From NCBI RefSeq assembly GCF_006345805.1, contig NC_042997.1, positions 77,872,001-77,936,000 on the forward strand: a DNA stretch of 64,000 nucleotides. Reading direction: 5' to 3'. The notes under the pieces are model-generated. The model worked only from the letters and a program-made list of their open reading frames with translations, had not been told where the DNA came from and ran no database searches. Of this stretch, positions 34,182 through 46,740 are shown in pieces (the stretch's first letter is position 1; the number at the start of each line of letters is the position of its first letter). The position numbers and the translations under genes were made by a program. Origin of the DNA: Octopus sinensis. Lineage: Eukaryota.

Positions 34182-34300
34182 TATTATATATATATATAAT
34201 ATATGTGTGTGTGTGTATATATATATAGGGTATATATATATATAATATGGTGTGTAATATATATGTGTATATATATATATATATCGATATATATATATAT

Positions 34301-34334
<34 letters not shown>

Positions 34335-34335
34335 A
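33991..34335. repeat. long degenerate (TA)n microsatellite
   Basis: Seen directly. Confidence 0.95.
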
Positions 34336-34339
34336 AGAA

Positions 34340-36346
34340 AGTTTGTTTGTGAAAGCACTGGGTGAATATATAAGACAATAGTAAAGAGTGAAAAAAAACG
34401 ACAGAAGGCTTAAATGTTAAAGAATATATATATTTGCGTCAATTGTCTGGAGAATATTGGAAAAATAGTTTTTCCTTCTTATAATGACATAATTTTATAA
34501 TTGTTAAAGAAAGACCGGTTTCGCATTTAGCTCTTCAAATTTCTTGCGACGTAATGTTTATCTTTAATAGCGGTTATCCTGTTTTTTTGCTACGGAGAGT
34601 TCTAAATAAGGGAAGGTAGTGCGTGATTTCTTCCGGGTGTAAGGGAGATAATCGCTTAAAAAATTTTTTTTCCTTTTTCTCTTAGTGTGAATTCTCTGTA
34701 TTATTGAGTTCGGATAGTTGAGTCTGGGTTTGTACTTTTCAATGAAGAATGTTTCTTGTTTAGTCTAATTTGTGTTGATGATCCGAAAGCACATTCGTAA
34801 ATGGAAAGATTAAAAATGTGGTTGTTTGTTGTTGTGTGCGCATTCTCAATGTGCTCACTAAAAGGTATCATTCTATATTCTGGGAATGCAATCTGTGTCG
34901 ATGCAGTGTGCATCTACGTCTGAGTGAAGTCCCGTGGACCCCACGTAGTCTTGGTGCCAGCCCGAGCATTTTATGACATAAATTATGTTTTCAGAGGCAC
35001 AAGTAAAGTTAGATTTGATCTTGAATTTCTGTCCCTCTTTAAAGAAGAATTCTGATCCTTCTAGTAGGTTAGGACATGTTGCACAGTTCGATCTACACAT
35101 TTTTTTAACTTTTGCATCCGTAATTTCAGAAGAATAATTTTGCCTTTGTGAGAATCTTTTTAAGTGATTTAGGCTGTTTGTAGCTTTTAATGATTTGGTG
35201 TATGTTTAGAATTTCCTTAATTTGGGGTTTTTATGAAGTATTGGTAAATTCGGGGTGATGATGGTGTGAAAGCTTCTTTGTTTCTGGGGTTGTATGTAGA
35301 TATGTAAGGTAGTATTTTTCGGGGAAAGGTGTGTTTGTTGTGTTGAACTTTTCTTAAAGTTTCTATGTTGATTTCTGTGTGCACGTCTGATCTCATCTCT
35401 ATGAGTTGAGCTGGGTAATGTCTGTCAATTAAGGTGTTTTTGAGTTCTTGCAGTCTGAAGTTCCTGGTATTTTGTTCTGACACTATTGTGCATATCCTTC
35501 TGCAAGGTTGAAGGGGATTGTTGTTTTAGTGTGTCTTGGGTGGCATGAATTAAGAGAAGGTATTGTTTGGCGTCTGTGGCTTTGTAGAAAATGTCTGTTT
35601 CTATTTTAAGGTTAATTTTTTAAATTAGTATATCAAGAACGGAGCTCCTTTTGGTTGTATTCCATTGTGAACTGTATATTTGGGTTTATGCTGTTCAATA
35701 GGTTTTTAAATTTTAAGAGTTTATCTGTGTTTTCATCCAGAGAATAAAACAATCGTCCAAGAATCGTTTCCAGTTCTCTTTTATGTATTGAGAGAGGTGT
35801 TTCCAAAGATTGATAAAGATTCCTGGTAAATGATTATTTCCATGTATCCCATTGTTAAGTTCGCAATGACTGGTGCTGCCCTTGTGCCCATAGCAATTCC
35901 GGATTTTTGACGGTAAAATGTATTGTCAAACATGAATTGTTATTGTGTAGGATGAATTCAATGATTTAGTAATGAATTCTTTACTGATCCTTTTGGTATT
36001 TCTTCCGGAAATTGGTCTAACCAAACTGTATTGCCCTAGTCCATAATTATGAGGTATACTGGTATACAGTTGACTACATCAAATGAAACCAGGATTGTTT
36101 CTTCCGTGGATTTTTTTGGAAGGTGGTTTAACATATCTAAGTCATCTTCTGATATGGCTATCGATATGTTTAAGGAAGGGTTTCAGGAGATGTCCATAAG
36201 TAGACTTAGTCTGTGTGTTTCACAGGATGGGCCAGCTACAATGGGTCGTAGTTTTAGGTCCCCCCGGGTTGGGTGTGTGTAATTATGTCTTTTGGTGATT
36301 TTTTAAATGGTTTCATTTATAATTGACTTTTTGAATTTTTGGCAGA
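34340..36346 (-). mobile_element. Penelope-like element (RT plus GIY-YIG), frameshifted, cut by the assembly gap
   Basis: RT remnants QKSGIAMGTRAAPVIANL and RFLDDCFILW. CRSNCATCP linker and FTCASENIIYVIKC..DYVGST endonuclease. Confidence 0.85.
34507..34545 (-). ncRNA. minimal hammerhead-like motif downstream of a PLE ORF
   Basis: AAGAAA t TTGAAGA GC taaat GC GAAA CCG GTC TTTCTT. Palindromic ACCGGU stem III; only a 2-bp stem II and one extra U. Confidence 0.45.
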
Positions 36347-36446
36347 NNNNNNNNNNNNNNNNNNNNNNNNNNNNNNNNNNNNNNNNNNNNNNNNNNNNNN
36401 NNNNNNNNNNNNNNNNNNNNNNNNNNNNNNNNNNNNNNNNNNNNNN
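36347..36446. other. assembly gap (100 N)
   Basis: Seen directly. Confidence 1.
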
Positions 36447-36679
36447 AGATGTAAAACACTAAACTATTGTAATAGTTTAAATACAAAGCATGAACTTAAT
36501 ATATATAGTATTGATATATTCAAGTAAGAAATTCATTCAGAGACTTAGTTTACAAATAAACAACAGATAAATAAAAGAAATATACTAGACATAGAATTCT
36601 TTGGGATAGCAACTGTTCAATATTTCTATATAAATATAACCAACCAACTAACCAACTAATTATGTATACAATAATTAAT

Positions 36680-37650
36680 ATTTATGTAAGCATATTTATA
36701 ATTGTGTGTGTGGGTGAACTTTTCTATCATCCATTTTCTCCATGCTTGCATAGGTTAGATGGATCTGCTCCAGCACAGCATCTTGTTCTTTGTTGCAGTC
36801 CACTGTCATCTTTGTGAGGTTAAATATCTTGATATCAGATTTCACCACTTCTCCCCATGTCTTCCTCAGTTTTCCACTTCCACCATTTACTTTCATTTAT
36901 ATCATCTGACACTTATTTACCCAATTATCATCTTCCATATTCATACCCTCACAGTTTTAATTCTTGCACACAACTGATTCCTCTTATATTTAGCTTTTCT
37001 CACAGTTTATTCTGTGCTGTCATTCTTGTACACTAACATTATATATCCTGTAGAGCATGCATGCCTAATTTCTTTACAGCCTTCTCACATCCTATGCATT
37101 CAGAGCCCATGTTACACTCCTGTTTCTCTACCATGCAATATTGCACTTTGCATATTTATGACTTCATTTGGAGAGAGGATCCCTACATTGCCAGCTCCCA
37201 AAATTTAATCCATCCTATATTCTTGTCCTAGCTGCTGGTAATAGATGCTGTCAACTACATTTAGGGAGCCTTCTGAGTGTTTGAAGGAATTAATTTCATA
37301 AGTGCTTTTGTTATGATATTCCTGTGAATACATGAATGAAATATTCTTATCTTTTTTGAACCAGGATACAAGGTCATAGGTATGCAGAATTTTCCAGAGA
37401 CACCAGTCTTAAACTTCTATAATGACCCATGAAAACTAAAATAAAAGGGCATTCAGAATTGACCCTTGATGGACACCTATTTTGCATGCTATTAGCTTTC
37501 ACCTTCCTGACATCACTTCTCTACATAGCTTACCCAGCTGTCACAAGCCAGTTATCTACACTAAGTTTTCATAGTGACCATTAGACTACAGAAGTGGTAG
37601 CTTGTTAAAAGCCTTCTATAGATCACTGAATGTTAGACATAGTGATTATG
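36680..37650 (-). mobile_element. old degenerate RTE LINE fragment
   Basis: GKLRKTWGEVVKSDIK near 36850 and a DL.KAFNKLP RT motif near 37620. Confidence 0.6.
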
Positions 37651-37849
37651 CACATGTATATTTATTGCTGTAGAGGCAATACAAAGTTACCCCTGCCTCT
37701 CTCTCTCTTCCTCTGAGATGACCATGTATTACCCTTATAGCATGATACCTTTTTCTGTTCTTCTATCATAGTTTCACCTTTCACCACCTGGCACAAAGCC
37801 ATTCTCCCCCCACACCACTCCCTCTCTCGGTTGAGGGGTCTTGTAAATT

Positions 37850-38055
37850 ACTTACTGACCTCATCTGTGCTGTTCCAATAAAGAACACCCAGAATACTCT
37901 GTGAAATGGTTGGCATTAAGAAAGGCATCCAGCTGTAGAAATTGTACCAAAGCAGACAGTTGAGCTTGGTGCATTCTTCTAACTTGCCAGCTCCAGTCAA
38001 ACTATCCAACCAAGGCCAGTATGGAAAACAGATGTTGAATGATGAAAATGGTGAT
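37850..38055 (+). mobile_element. degenerate RTE 3' tail
   Basis: GGTTGGCATTAAGAAAGGCATCCAGCTGTAGAAA...CAGTATGGAAAACAGATGTTGAATGATG. Confidence 0.65.
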
Positions 38056-38889
38056 GTAAACATAGTTGTATGTAATCTCACAATCTGAAAAGCCTACGTT
38101 AGTTTTGTTTTTTGCTTCTGGTATGAAACAGAAATTGACAAATATCATTCTGGTATATTTTAGAAGTTGATACAGGATCAAAGACTGCCAATTGTTCACT
38201 GCCACAATTCTAGTTATTTATAGACAAATAGAAAGTATGCATGAAGTTGGTAGAGTATTAGATAACAGAGAGTTCACTTTACTAACTTGCCTTACATTCA
38301 CATACTAACAGCTATATTTTCTGTCTGTTTCTTTTACTTAATAACTCTTACTTCTACTATTAGCTTAGCCTCTATCTATGTCTCTCTGTATAAACCAATG
38401 TTACTGTTTCTATCTTACTCTTTCATAAACATTATCTTGTGCATAATTTATTTCATAATCAAAAAAAAACCTGATCACTTTTTTATATACTCTATGATAC
38501 TAATCTTGATAAAACTGTAAATAAAATCCTTTAATTACACAAGTTAGTATCCTTTAATTACACAAGTTAGTGGGTTTCATTGGTCAAGACTGAGAGTTGT
38601 TCATATGTGGTTAAAACAGGTTTCCAAGACCAAATACTATACTTGAAAAACCTAATTACATTTAACACATCATGTCCTTGACCAAAATATAAAGTAACAG
38701 CAGAGAAGATTAGAATAAATAACATATTAAAACTGAAAGAAAAGATAAACAAGACTAAGATAAATAACAAAATGCCCATTAGTATTGAATATATAATGTC
38801 AAGCTTCATAAAATATATGAGTATATATTCATAAACATGTAAATATATGTGCATATACTCACATCATAAATATAGATAGTGTAAAAGCT

Positions 38890-39337
38890 TGGGCATGGAC
38901 ACATTGAAACTCCGGCATCTGGCAACTGACTTGGCAGACACCCATAAAATTATTAACCATCTTACAAACAATAACTCTGAGCACCTTTTCAAACTCCACC
39001 TGTCTAACACCCGTGGACATATTTACAAAGTCAGAAAACAGCACAGCTCCCATGACTTTCGGAAACATTTTTTCATGCTAAGAGTTGCTGAAGCATGGAA
39101 CAAACTGCCAGCATCAGTTGTTAGTTGTCGGAGCACTGCATCCTTCAAAACTTCCATGCTTCCTGAGATTCGCCAACACTACACCTTATTTTCTCCCCTC
39201 CATACATGTGCAAGCATGTATCTGACTCATACACTGTTCGCTTTCCAGACATTTGTACATTATTGCATCTACTTTATACACACTTTCTGACAAGTTGTGG
39301 TGCACCTGAGCATGGTACACAATAATTTCATCATTAT
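38890..39337 (+). mobile_element. 5'-truncated CR1 LINE 3' end
   Basis: GMDTLKLRHL..DL..HKII...NTRGHIYKVRK..FFMLRVAEAWNKLPASVV. It is an inverted counterpart of 39410-39846. Confidence 0.85.
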
Positions 39338-39409
39338 ATCATATAAACACTTTTTTTTTCTTTTCTGTAAAAACTGAAGAAATTTTCACAAGTATGATCT
39401 TAATATAAT

Positions 39410-40705
39410 AATAATAATGAAATTATTGTATACAGTGCTCAGGTGCACCACAACTTGTCAGAAAGTGCGTATAGAGTATATGCAGTAATGTACAAATGTC
39501 TGGAAAGCGAACAAAGTATGAGTCAGATACATGCTTGTGTGTGTATGGAGGGGAGAAAATCAGATATAGTGTTGGCGAATCTCAGAAAGCATGGAAGTTT
39601 TGAAGGATGCAGTGATCCGACAACTAACAACTGATGCCGGCAGTTTGTTCCATGCTTCAGCAACTCTCAGCATGAAAAACTGTTTCCTAAAGTCATGGGA
39701 GCTGTGCTGTTTTCTGACTTTGTAAATATGTCCATGGGTGTTAGACAGGTGGAGTTTGAAAAGGTGCTCAGAGTTATGGTTGATAATTTTATGGGTGTCT
39801 GCCAAGTCAGCTGCCAGACGTCAGAGTTTCAATGTGTCCATGCCCAGGGAAGTAAGGCGTTCAGAATATGGCAAATGCTTGATGGAGGGTATTCTTTTGG
39901 TTGCACGTCGCTGAACGGCTTCCAGACGATTGATATCCTGGGCAAGATACGGGTTCCAGACCGGTGATGCAAATTCCAGGTGAGGTCTTACCATAGCTAT
40001 ATAAAGCCGCAGATAGATAGTCGGAGAGCGGCTCACAAAGGATTTGGTGAGTGATGCCAAGACACTCTCAACCTTCTTGACAATTTTAGCGATGTGTTTT
40101 GTCCAACGCAAATCACTGTCGACAATAACACCCAGGTCACGTTCACATGAAGACTTTTTGAGATTAGTGTTGTGGAGGGAGTATGGACGCTGGGTTTCTC
40201 CTCCCAAAATGCATGGTGGTACATTTGTCCACAGCCAGCTTGAGTTGCCAGTCCATGATCCACTGCTGCATTGTGTCCAGGTCTGCTTGCAATAGAGATC
40301 TATAGTATACAGGATCTGACCTCTTTATTTCGAGGTACAGCTTGATGTCATCTGCATATTTCAGTACTGTGGCATTCTTTAAGTTGGCATCTATGTCATT
40401 AACATATGCAACAAATAAAAGGGGGCCAAGAACAGATCCCTCTGGTACACCAGATGTCATCTCATAGGGTGAAGAGTGCTGTCCTAGAACTGTGACAACC
40501 TCTTTTTGGTCAAAAATAAAGGACTTCAACCAGTTATAGAGTTCGTCTCTTACGCCCAATGCAGAGAGCTTCACCATAAGTCTTTTGTGTGGCACAGAGT
40601 TAAAAGCCTTAGCAAAGTCCAGGTAAACAACATCCACCCAGGATCCGCAATCAGTGATTTGGGTAATGTCCTCAAGAAACTTGATGAGTTGAGTTAAGAA
40701 CAGAT
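39410..40705 (-). mobile_element. CR1 LINE, RT and 3' end, 5'-truncated
   Basis: VDVVYLDFAKAFNSVPH, SGVPEGSVLGPLLF, KYADDIKLY, ERDLGV, VRPHLEFA..WNPY and RVAEAWNKLP, with an (AAT) tail. Confidence 0.92.
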
Positions 40706-40912
40706 AATATATCAAAATAAAAGTATTACTTGCCTGGAAATAAATATATACTTCCAAATTATGGTATCTTATAGGAATATACATTTACAAAATTTAAGAT
40801 TTTTCTGACTAATTTTCTAAAAATGAGGTGAGTTCTGTAAGCCATTGGTTTGAAATACACTGAAAACCTATTGAAGTTTTGGACTTACAGTCAGGCTAGA
40901 AAAGACCTTTAA

Positions 40913-41996
40913 GCCTTTCGTTACTATATTTCTGACCAAAATACACCCCTTATGTGTTTCAATTAATTTCTAACATAATCATAAATTTAGTCTGGTTTCA
41001 TTAAACAACTATAACTTTTTTATTTATCAATATATTAATGTGATTTTTGGAAGATAATTTAATGAAATATTCTCAACCAATTCTATACTATAATTTTTGT
41101 CACAAAGTGACTCTAATTGCAGGTAGATACAGGTAAATTCAACAAAATATAAAATTATTAAAATTTTGTTCAAACATCGCTATAGAAAATGGTTATTAGC
41201 TAATATTCAATTGGGTATACAACAAAATTTTACGATAGAATTTGTTATTCTGGGTAACTTTCTGATACCCATAATAATATTTCTGGCAAAATAGTCTTAA
41301 TTTCATTTAAGGTTGTGGGAAACCACTAACTATCCTTTCTTTCGCTTTGTTTACATTTAGCGTAACGGTTCGTTTCTGCCGTAATGATTTCAAAAAGGCT
41401 CATTCGAAAAAGTAAAAAGAAATAGTCTAAGGCTTTACTCTCCTGGGAAAGTCTGTGGCTTGGTCCAGTTTCTTCAGAAAAATCACAGAAAGAAACAGTT
41501 TTTAAATTTTCACTCCATTCAGGTGCCAATTCATTTTCTTTATCGCTGTCGGAGCTCTCGGATTCACTGTTTTCACTTTCGGAAAATGAAACATCAGATT
41601 CATTATCAAATACCACGTGCTTTTTTTTTTCAGTCATAGAGCTAGATTTATGAAGGTCTTCAGTAGAAAATCCTTCGAATTCTGACTCGCTGCTTGATAT
41701 AATGAAATTCGTATCCATTTTTTGTCAGAATTACAAATTTTGAAAACACAATAGGAACAAATTTCGGAAAAAAATCTCCCAAAATTCACGGAATTAAAAT
41801 TACACTTCGATTGTTGTACAAAACTGTAGTTGAACTGTTTATGAAGTATAATACGTGTTTTCACGAATGTACTAAAGAGATTTGCTCTGATATTCTCATT
41901 TAAATATGAATAGGTAAATACGGGCGGGTTTGGTCGGTTTGGTCACATTAACCAAAAATTTTTCGGGCGGCTTTCGGCAGTTTGGTAACAAAAGGG
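40913..41996 (-). mobile_element. internally deleted piggyBac transposon
   Basis: TTAA on both sides (40909-40912, 41997-42000); TIR GCCTTTCGTTAC/GTAACAAAAGGG. ORF 41326-41718 resembles a piggyBac transposase N-terminus (acidic tract, W, GP, FF.LF..I..ETNRYA). Confidence 0.85.
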
Positions 41997-42094
41997 TTAA
42001 GCCAGATCCATGAGATAATTTGCAAGTGGAATATTAAGAATTGCTGTTGTTTCTTAATTCAAAGTTTATTTAGATCAAGTTTCCAGGCTTGAAA

Positions 42095-42440
42095 CAGCTA
42101 AGATTTTACTCCCTGGAGCAAAGGCAGGAGAAGTATGCAGTAACATACATCTGGAAGATCCTGGAAGGAATTGTGCCAAATTTTGGCATTGAAAGCTACA
42201 CCAATGCCAGAATGAGTTGACACTGCAAAGTGCCATAGATCCCAACAATGCCATTGCGCTTCAGGACCAGTTACTGCAACAGCCTGGGGCCCACATCTTT
42301 TTAATATTCTCTCAAAGAGCCTGCGGGATCTATACAAAGTGGATGTAGGTGTTTGCAAATCAAAAGTAGACCTCTTTCTGTCAAGAGTCCCAGAGGTGCA
42401 AATGAGGGTAGTGATATCAAACTCATTTATTCATCAAATA
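42095..42440 (+). mobile_element. CR1/L2-group LINE 3' fragment
   Basis: YSLEQRQEKYAVTYIWKILEGIVPN...GPHLFNILSKSLR...KSKVDLFLSRVP. Confidence 0.7.
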
Positions 42441-42808
42441 AAAAAACAGTGTAGCAAAATGGTGGTACCCCAGCATGGCCACAGCTCTGAGCTGAAACTA
42501 CAAAAAAAAAAAAGAAAAAAAAGAGACTTACATTATTGAAATGAATTCCATTTGTGTTCATTCCTGCTAGGAGTATGAAGGATTACATTATCTCATGAGT
42601 CCTTTTTTAAGGTGAAAGTTTGTGATCAAAAGGGGATTAGTTTGTTATTTGTAGCAAGTTGAACCATCATAGAATGTTTCTCTCATTCACAAGTGTTTTT
42701 CCAGGATTATAATACAACACTGTTGACAATCTACTATCTGTCAATCTTTTGATGAATTCTAGATGAATTTTATAGGGCCATAAATAAAAGTGTAACACCA
42801 ACACTTAC

Positions 42809-42944
42809 TTCTCTTTCTTGATGTAATTCTTTTTGAAATTGAGCTTTCAAGCCAGAAAGTTGTTCCTGTAACTTCTTTATACATTCTTCTTGACTGGAAG
42901 ACTTCTCTTTCATAAGAGTTAACTGTGTATCTGTTTCAGTAAAC
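42809..42944 (-). CDS. LRRC45: LRRC45 coding exon (coiled coil)
   Basis: TTTTAAAG acceptor, GTAAGT donor, phase 2/0. FTETDTQLTLMKEKSSSQEECIKKLQEQLSGLKAQFQKELHQERE. Confidence 0.87.
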
Positions 42945-43688
42945 CTTTAAAACAATTTTTGAAAAATTTATAGAGAATTGCATTTATATTTGAATGTAAA
43001 AATACAAGAAAATCACTCTCAACAATAACCAAAAATGTAGTAATACACACAAATGTAATGCATAATTAATGTTAACAGAGTAATAGCTTCAAAAAGATAA
43101 ATTTGAATGCTCTTGTTCTTTTTGTTCAGTGAATAGCGTAAGCAAATGCCTTACTTAACTTTCTATCATATTTATTAACTGGGAAATGCAAGTAGAAATA
43201 GCAGCCTTAAAGTCATTGCCATTTAACTCCAGGTTAATCTTGATGAAACAAACCTATGCTCAAAGTTGTTTCCGCCATAACAATTCTGTCTTTCCTTTTT
43301 CATAGGTACCCTCCCTTAAAAAAAAAAAATGGGTGTAATATGAGTGAAATATGACGTGATTTCAAGTGGGTTAAGGAGCCATGCAGAGGCTTCCTCTGTA
43401 GCCGTATTGATTCAATGTCCATATTTTGATTTTTTTTTAAATCGTTTGAAAATGTGTTCAAAATAAAAGTATTGCACCTGGTTTATATATTTTATTTGTA
43501 AGAAAAATGACAGTTCCTCTAAATAGCCAGCATGCTCTATAGTCCCCCTTTCATAATTGCCACCAAACTAATAGCTGACAATGTGTCTAAGGGAGTGCTA
43601 TTGCCCAAGTGATCTTGTTGGCTCTAAATGTATAGAAATAAGACATTTCAATAAATAAACAAGTGAAATAAAAATTAAATTTAAAAAG

Positions 43689-44491
43689 AAAGCTTGGTTC
43701 TTTTCCTTTTGAACAGCACTTTTCAACACAATTTCTAGTTAACTAAACACTTTTAAACTTCGCATACTGGTAGAATGTGTCAAAATAAAACATTTTTTTG
43801 TCTTGGCTTTCTTGAGAAAATTTTAATTCGTTTGTTTAATGTAGTTTAATTTTTCGAATTTTAACCAATGAATCGCCTCTAATGAGCTAAAATCATTTGC
43901 TGCGTCTAAAACTGAGAAAACATCCTGTCACTAACCCTAACCCTCACCCTAACCTTAAATTTTGGCCTTTCAGGGTTTTTTTTTTCTTAATTGTTACGTG
44001 TGTATCTAAAATTATTCGTTTTGTTTTTGTTTTGAGTTTTTGCCTTCGTTTTAGCCTTTCGTTATGTATACGTACGGAAAGCGTGTGTATAAAATTATAG
44101 AATTATTTTGTTTGTTAATTGTTTAAATTATTTTCCATTGCTTTCGTTTTAGCCTTTCATTTTTTTTTCTTAATTGTTATTCTTAAATTAATTTAACAAA
44201 AAAAAAACGAAAGGCTAAAATTTAGGGTGAGGGTGAGGGTTAGTGACAGGATGTTGTCTCAGTTTTAGACGCAGCACATGATTTTAGCTCACTAGAGGCA
44301 ATTGATTGGTTAAAATTCGAAAAATTAAACTACGTTAAACTTACAAATTATAATTTTCTCAAGAAAGCCAAGACAAAAAAATGTTTTATTTTGACACATT
44401 CTACCAGTATACGAAGTTTAAAAGTGTTTAGTTAACTAGATATTGTGTTGAAAAGTGCCGTTCAAAAGGAAAAGATCCGAAAGCTTTACTG
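43689..44491. mobile_element. MITE with ~290-bp TIRs containing telomere-like repeats
   Basis: 43689-43985 is the reverse complement of about 44200-44491. Inner TIR ends carry TAACCCTAACCCTCACCCTAACC and TTAGGGTGAGGGTGAGGGTTAG. Confidence 0.8.
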
Positions 44492-44705
44492 TTATAGTGT
44501 CGAGAAGTTTTTCAAGTTCATAGAAAGTTTGACTTACAAATGTAATTATCAACTCAAACTCTAACAGAAATATAACTCGATTTATTTACAAATGCAAACG
44601 GAAAATTTAAAAGAAGGGTAGGTTACTTTTGATTTCATAGTATACCTAAAGTTACTTCCCTTGTTTCCTAAATAAATAAATAAAAACATCCAAATGGTAA
44701 CTTAC

Positions 44706-44783
44706 TTAGAGAAGAGTTCATTAAATGCTTGATTTTTTTCTTTGAGCGTTTCCTTCAGTTGCATTAACTGATGGCCTGAATTC
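44706..44783 (-). CDS. LRRC45: LRRC45 coding exon (coiled coil)
   Basis: TTTTCAG acceptor, GTAAGT donor, phase 2/2. NSGHQLMQLKETLKEKNQAFNELFS(K). Confidence 0.87.
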
Positions 44784-45365
44784 CTGAAAACAATTAAAAG
44801 GTAACAATCGGGACATTCACTCTTATTCATGTATATTTTTTCCTTTTTTTTCTGTTTTATACTTTATTTTTTATATAAATAATTCAGCTCACTCAATCTT
44901 TCTTCAGGAATATATGAAAACCTTGCTACAAAAATTGAGTAAATTGAAAAAAAAAAAAAAATTAGAGATGGAAAGTTTTAATTGCGTATTTACCTTGATC
45001 AACCTAAGTCACTGGTTAAGTAAAATATCTTATCAGTTATTATTTTTTAATTAGTTTTTGGTCTCCATTTATTTTTCTAAATTTTCTCCAGGAATTCTGA
45101 CAACAATATCTTTGTCAAACAGGGAAACATTAAACTGCTGCTATATAAATAATCACTCTGACAATGACAATAATTCTTACTTTGGAAATTGGATTCTTCT
45201 GAATACATGAAGCATTTGACTAGGTTTTTGTCTTATTCTAAATCTGATGTATCTTACTGTCAAGAAACCCAAAAGACAATTTAGTTGAAACAAATTACAT
45301 ATCACCATATCAATACTCCAAATTATATATTTTCTTTTGATCATCACCATTACTACGAAGTTTAA

Positions 45366-45587
45366 ATCCTTTTGACACCACCCACCTGAAACCGCCTCTG
45401 GCTCTGTAGTACAAATGACTTGTTTTCAAAAGTTCTGAATTAAAATCTTCCACCAAACCTTAGTCACAATTTATGATCCTAATACTAGCTTAATTACAAC
45501 TAAGTTATTTTACTAACTTCCTTGTTATATTTAAAATTAACTGAAAGAAACACAAAACATCTCAACAGAAATATGGTAACAAAAGAG
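45366..45587. mobile_element. TTAA-flanked piggyBac-like MITE
   Basis: TTAA|ATCCTTTTGACACC ... GGTAACAAAAGAG|TTAA; the ends resemble the 40913 element. Confidence 0.6.
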
Positions 45588-45649
45588 TTAACAATATGTT
45601 GAAGTTTATTCAAATTTTAAAGAGTTGAACAACAACTTCCCTCCTGAAT

Positions 45650-45835
45650 AGGCTTTAGCATTTAAACTGGCTGTATCTAGCCCTAATATTCTACTTGTTT
45701 CCTGTTCAAACTGTCAAGATATGGCCTCTTATAATCTACCTTACACTGTCATTCTGAAAATAAACAATCGCATCAACAAAATCACAAAGCTACAGTATTA
45801 AATTTCACAGAGTAATCTGAATGCAAAAGGGTTAA
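45650..45835 (-). mobile_element. piggyBac-like MITE (same family as 2769)
   Basis: CTTTAGCATT ... AATGCAAAAGGGTTAA. Confidence 0.55.
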
Positions 45836-46175
45836 TCTGTCATTTCTTTGCAAACTATTCTACACTGACATTGGTTCACAAAAACTTTTAGATATTTGCA
45901 TAGTTACTACCATAATTGCACTTTTATACTCATTTCTGACTCTGAAATAATGAATTAAATATTTATGGGAGGAAGTACAAATTAAACACTGTATAATTTA
46001 GTTTTTGGTTACTTATCTAGTTTTATCAGCTTTAAATGTATATAAGATTAATTTGAATTAAAACCTAAACCAGAGAATTGTAGCTGGCTGAATTAGAAGC
46101 TGACCAACCTGTCAGTTAGATGGCTTATAGGTTACATTCTATCATCAATGCTATAATATATACCTGATAAAGAAG

Positions 46176-46388
46176 GTGGTGGGCTGGCAGAATCATTAGC
46201 AAGCTGGGCAAAATGCTTAGCAGCATTTCGTTCGACTATCTATGTTCCCAGTTCAAATTTTATCAAAGTCGACTTTGCCTTTTATACTTTCAAGGTCAAT
46301 TAAATATGTACCAATTGAGCACGAGGGTCAGTGTAAATGACTAACCCCTTCCTTCAAAATTACTGGTCTTGTGCCAAAATTTGAAACC
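46176..46388 (+). mobile_element. SINE family A
   Basis: GGTGGTGGGCTGGCAGAATCATTAGC...CAGTTCAAATT...GTGCCAAAATTTGAAACC. Confidence 0.75.
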
Positions 46389-46549
46389 TATATATACCTG
46401 ATAAAATTTTTTAACGTATCAATCCGCCTAACGTTTGAATATAAATTTGTTACTTCCATCACTTGATAACTTGAAAACTAGAATTTGCTATCCTGCTGAG
46501 GTTAACTTTGTCTTCCATCCTTTCAAGATCAATAAAGTAAAGTACTTAA

Positions 46550-46740
46550 GGTGGTAAGCTGGTAGAATTGTTAACATGCTGAGCAAAAGGCTTAGCAGCA
46601 GTTCAAATTCTGCTGAGGCTGACTTTACCTTTCATCATTTCAGGGTCAATAAAATAAGTACCAGTCAAGCACTGGGGGCAATGTAATCAATTAGGCCCTC
46701 CACCAAACTTTGCTGGCCTTGTGCCAAAAACTTGAAACCA
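46550..46740 (+). mobile_element. SINE family A
   Basis: Same consensus, followed by a partial repeat of its 3' part at about 46745-46830. Confidence 0.7.

Noticed and set aside
36339-36527. ORF containing X residues
   Set aside because: Artifact of the 100-N gap.
41326-41718. Domesticated PGBD-like host gene
   Set aside because: It lies between intact piggyBac TIRs with TTAA sites and lacks the catalytic domain, so it is a deletion derivative.
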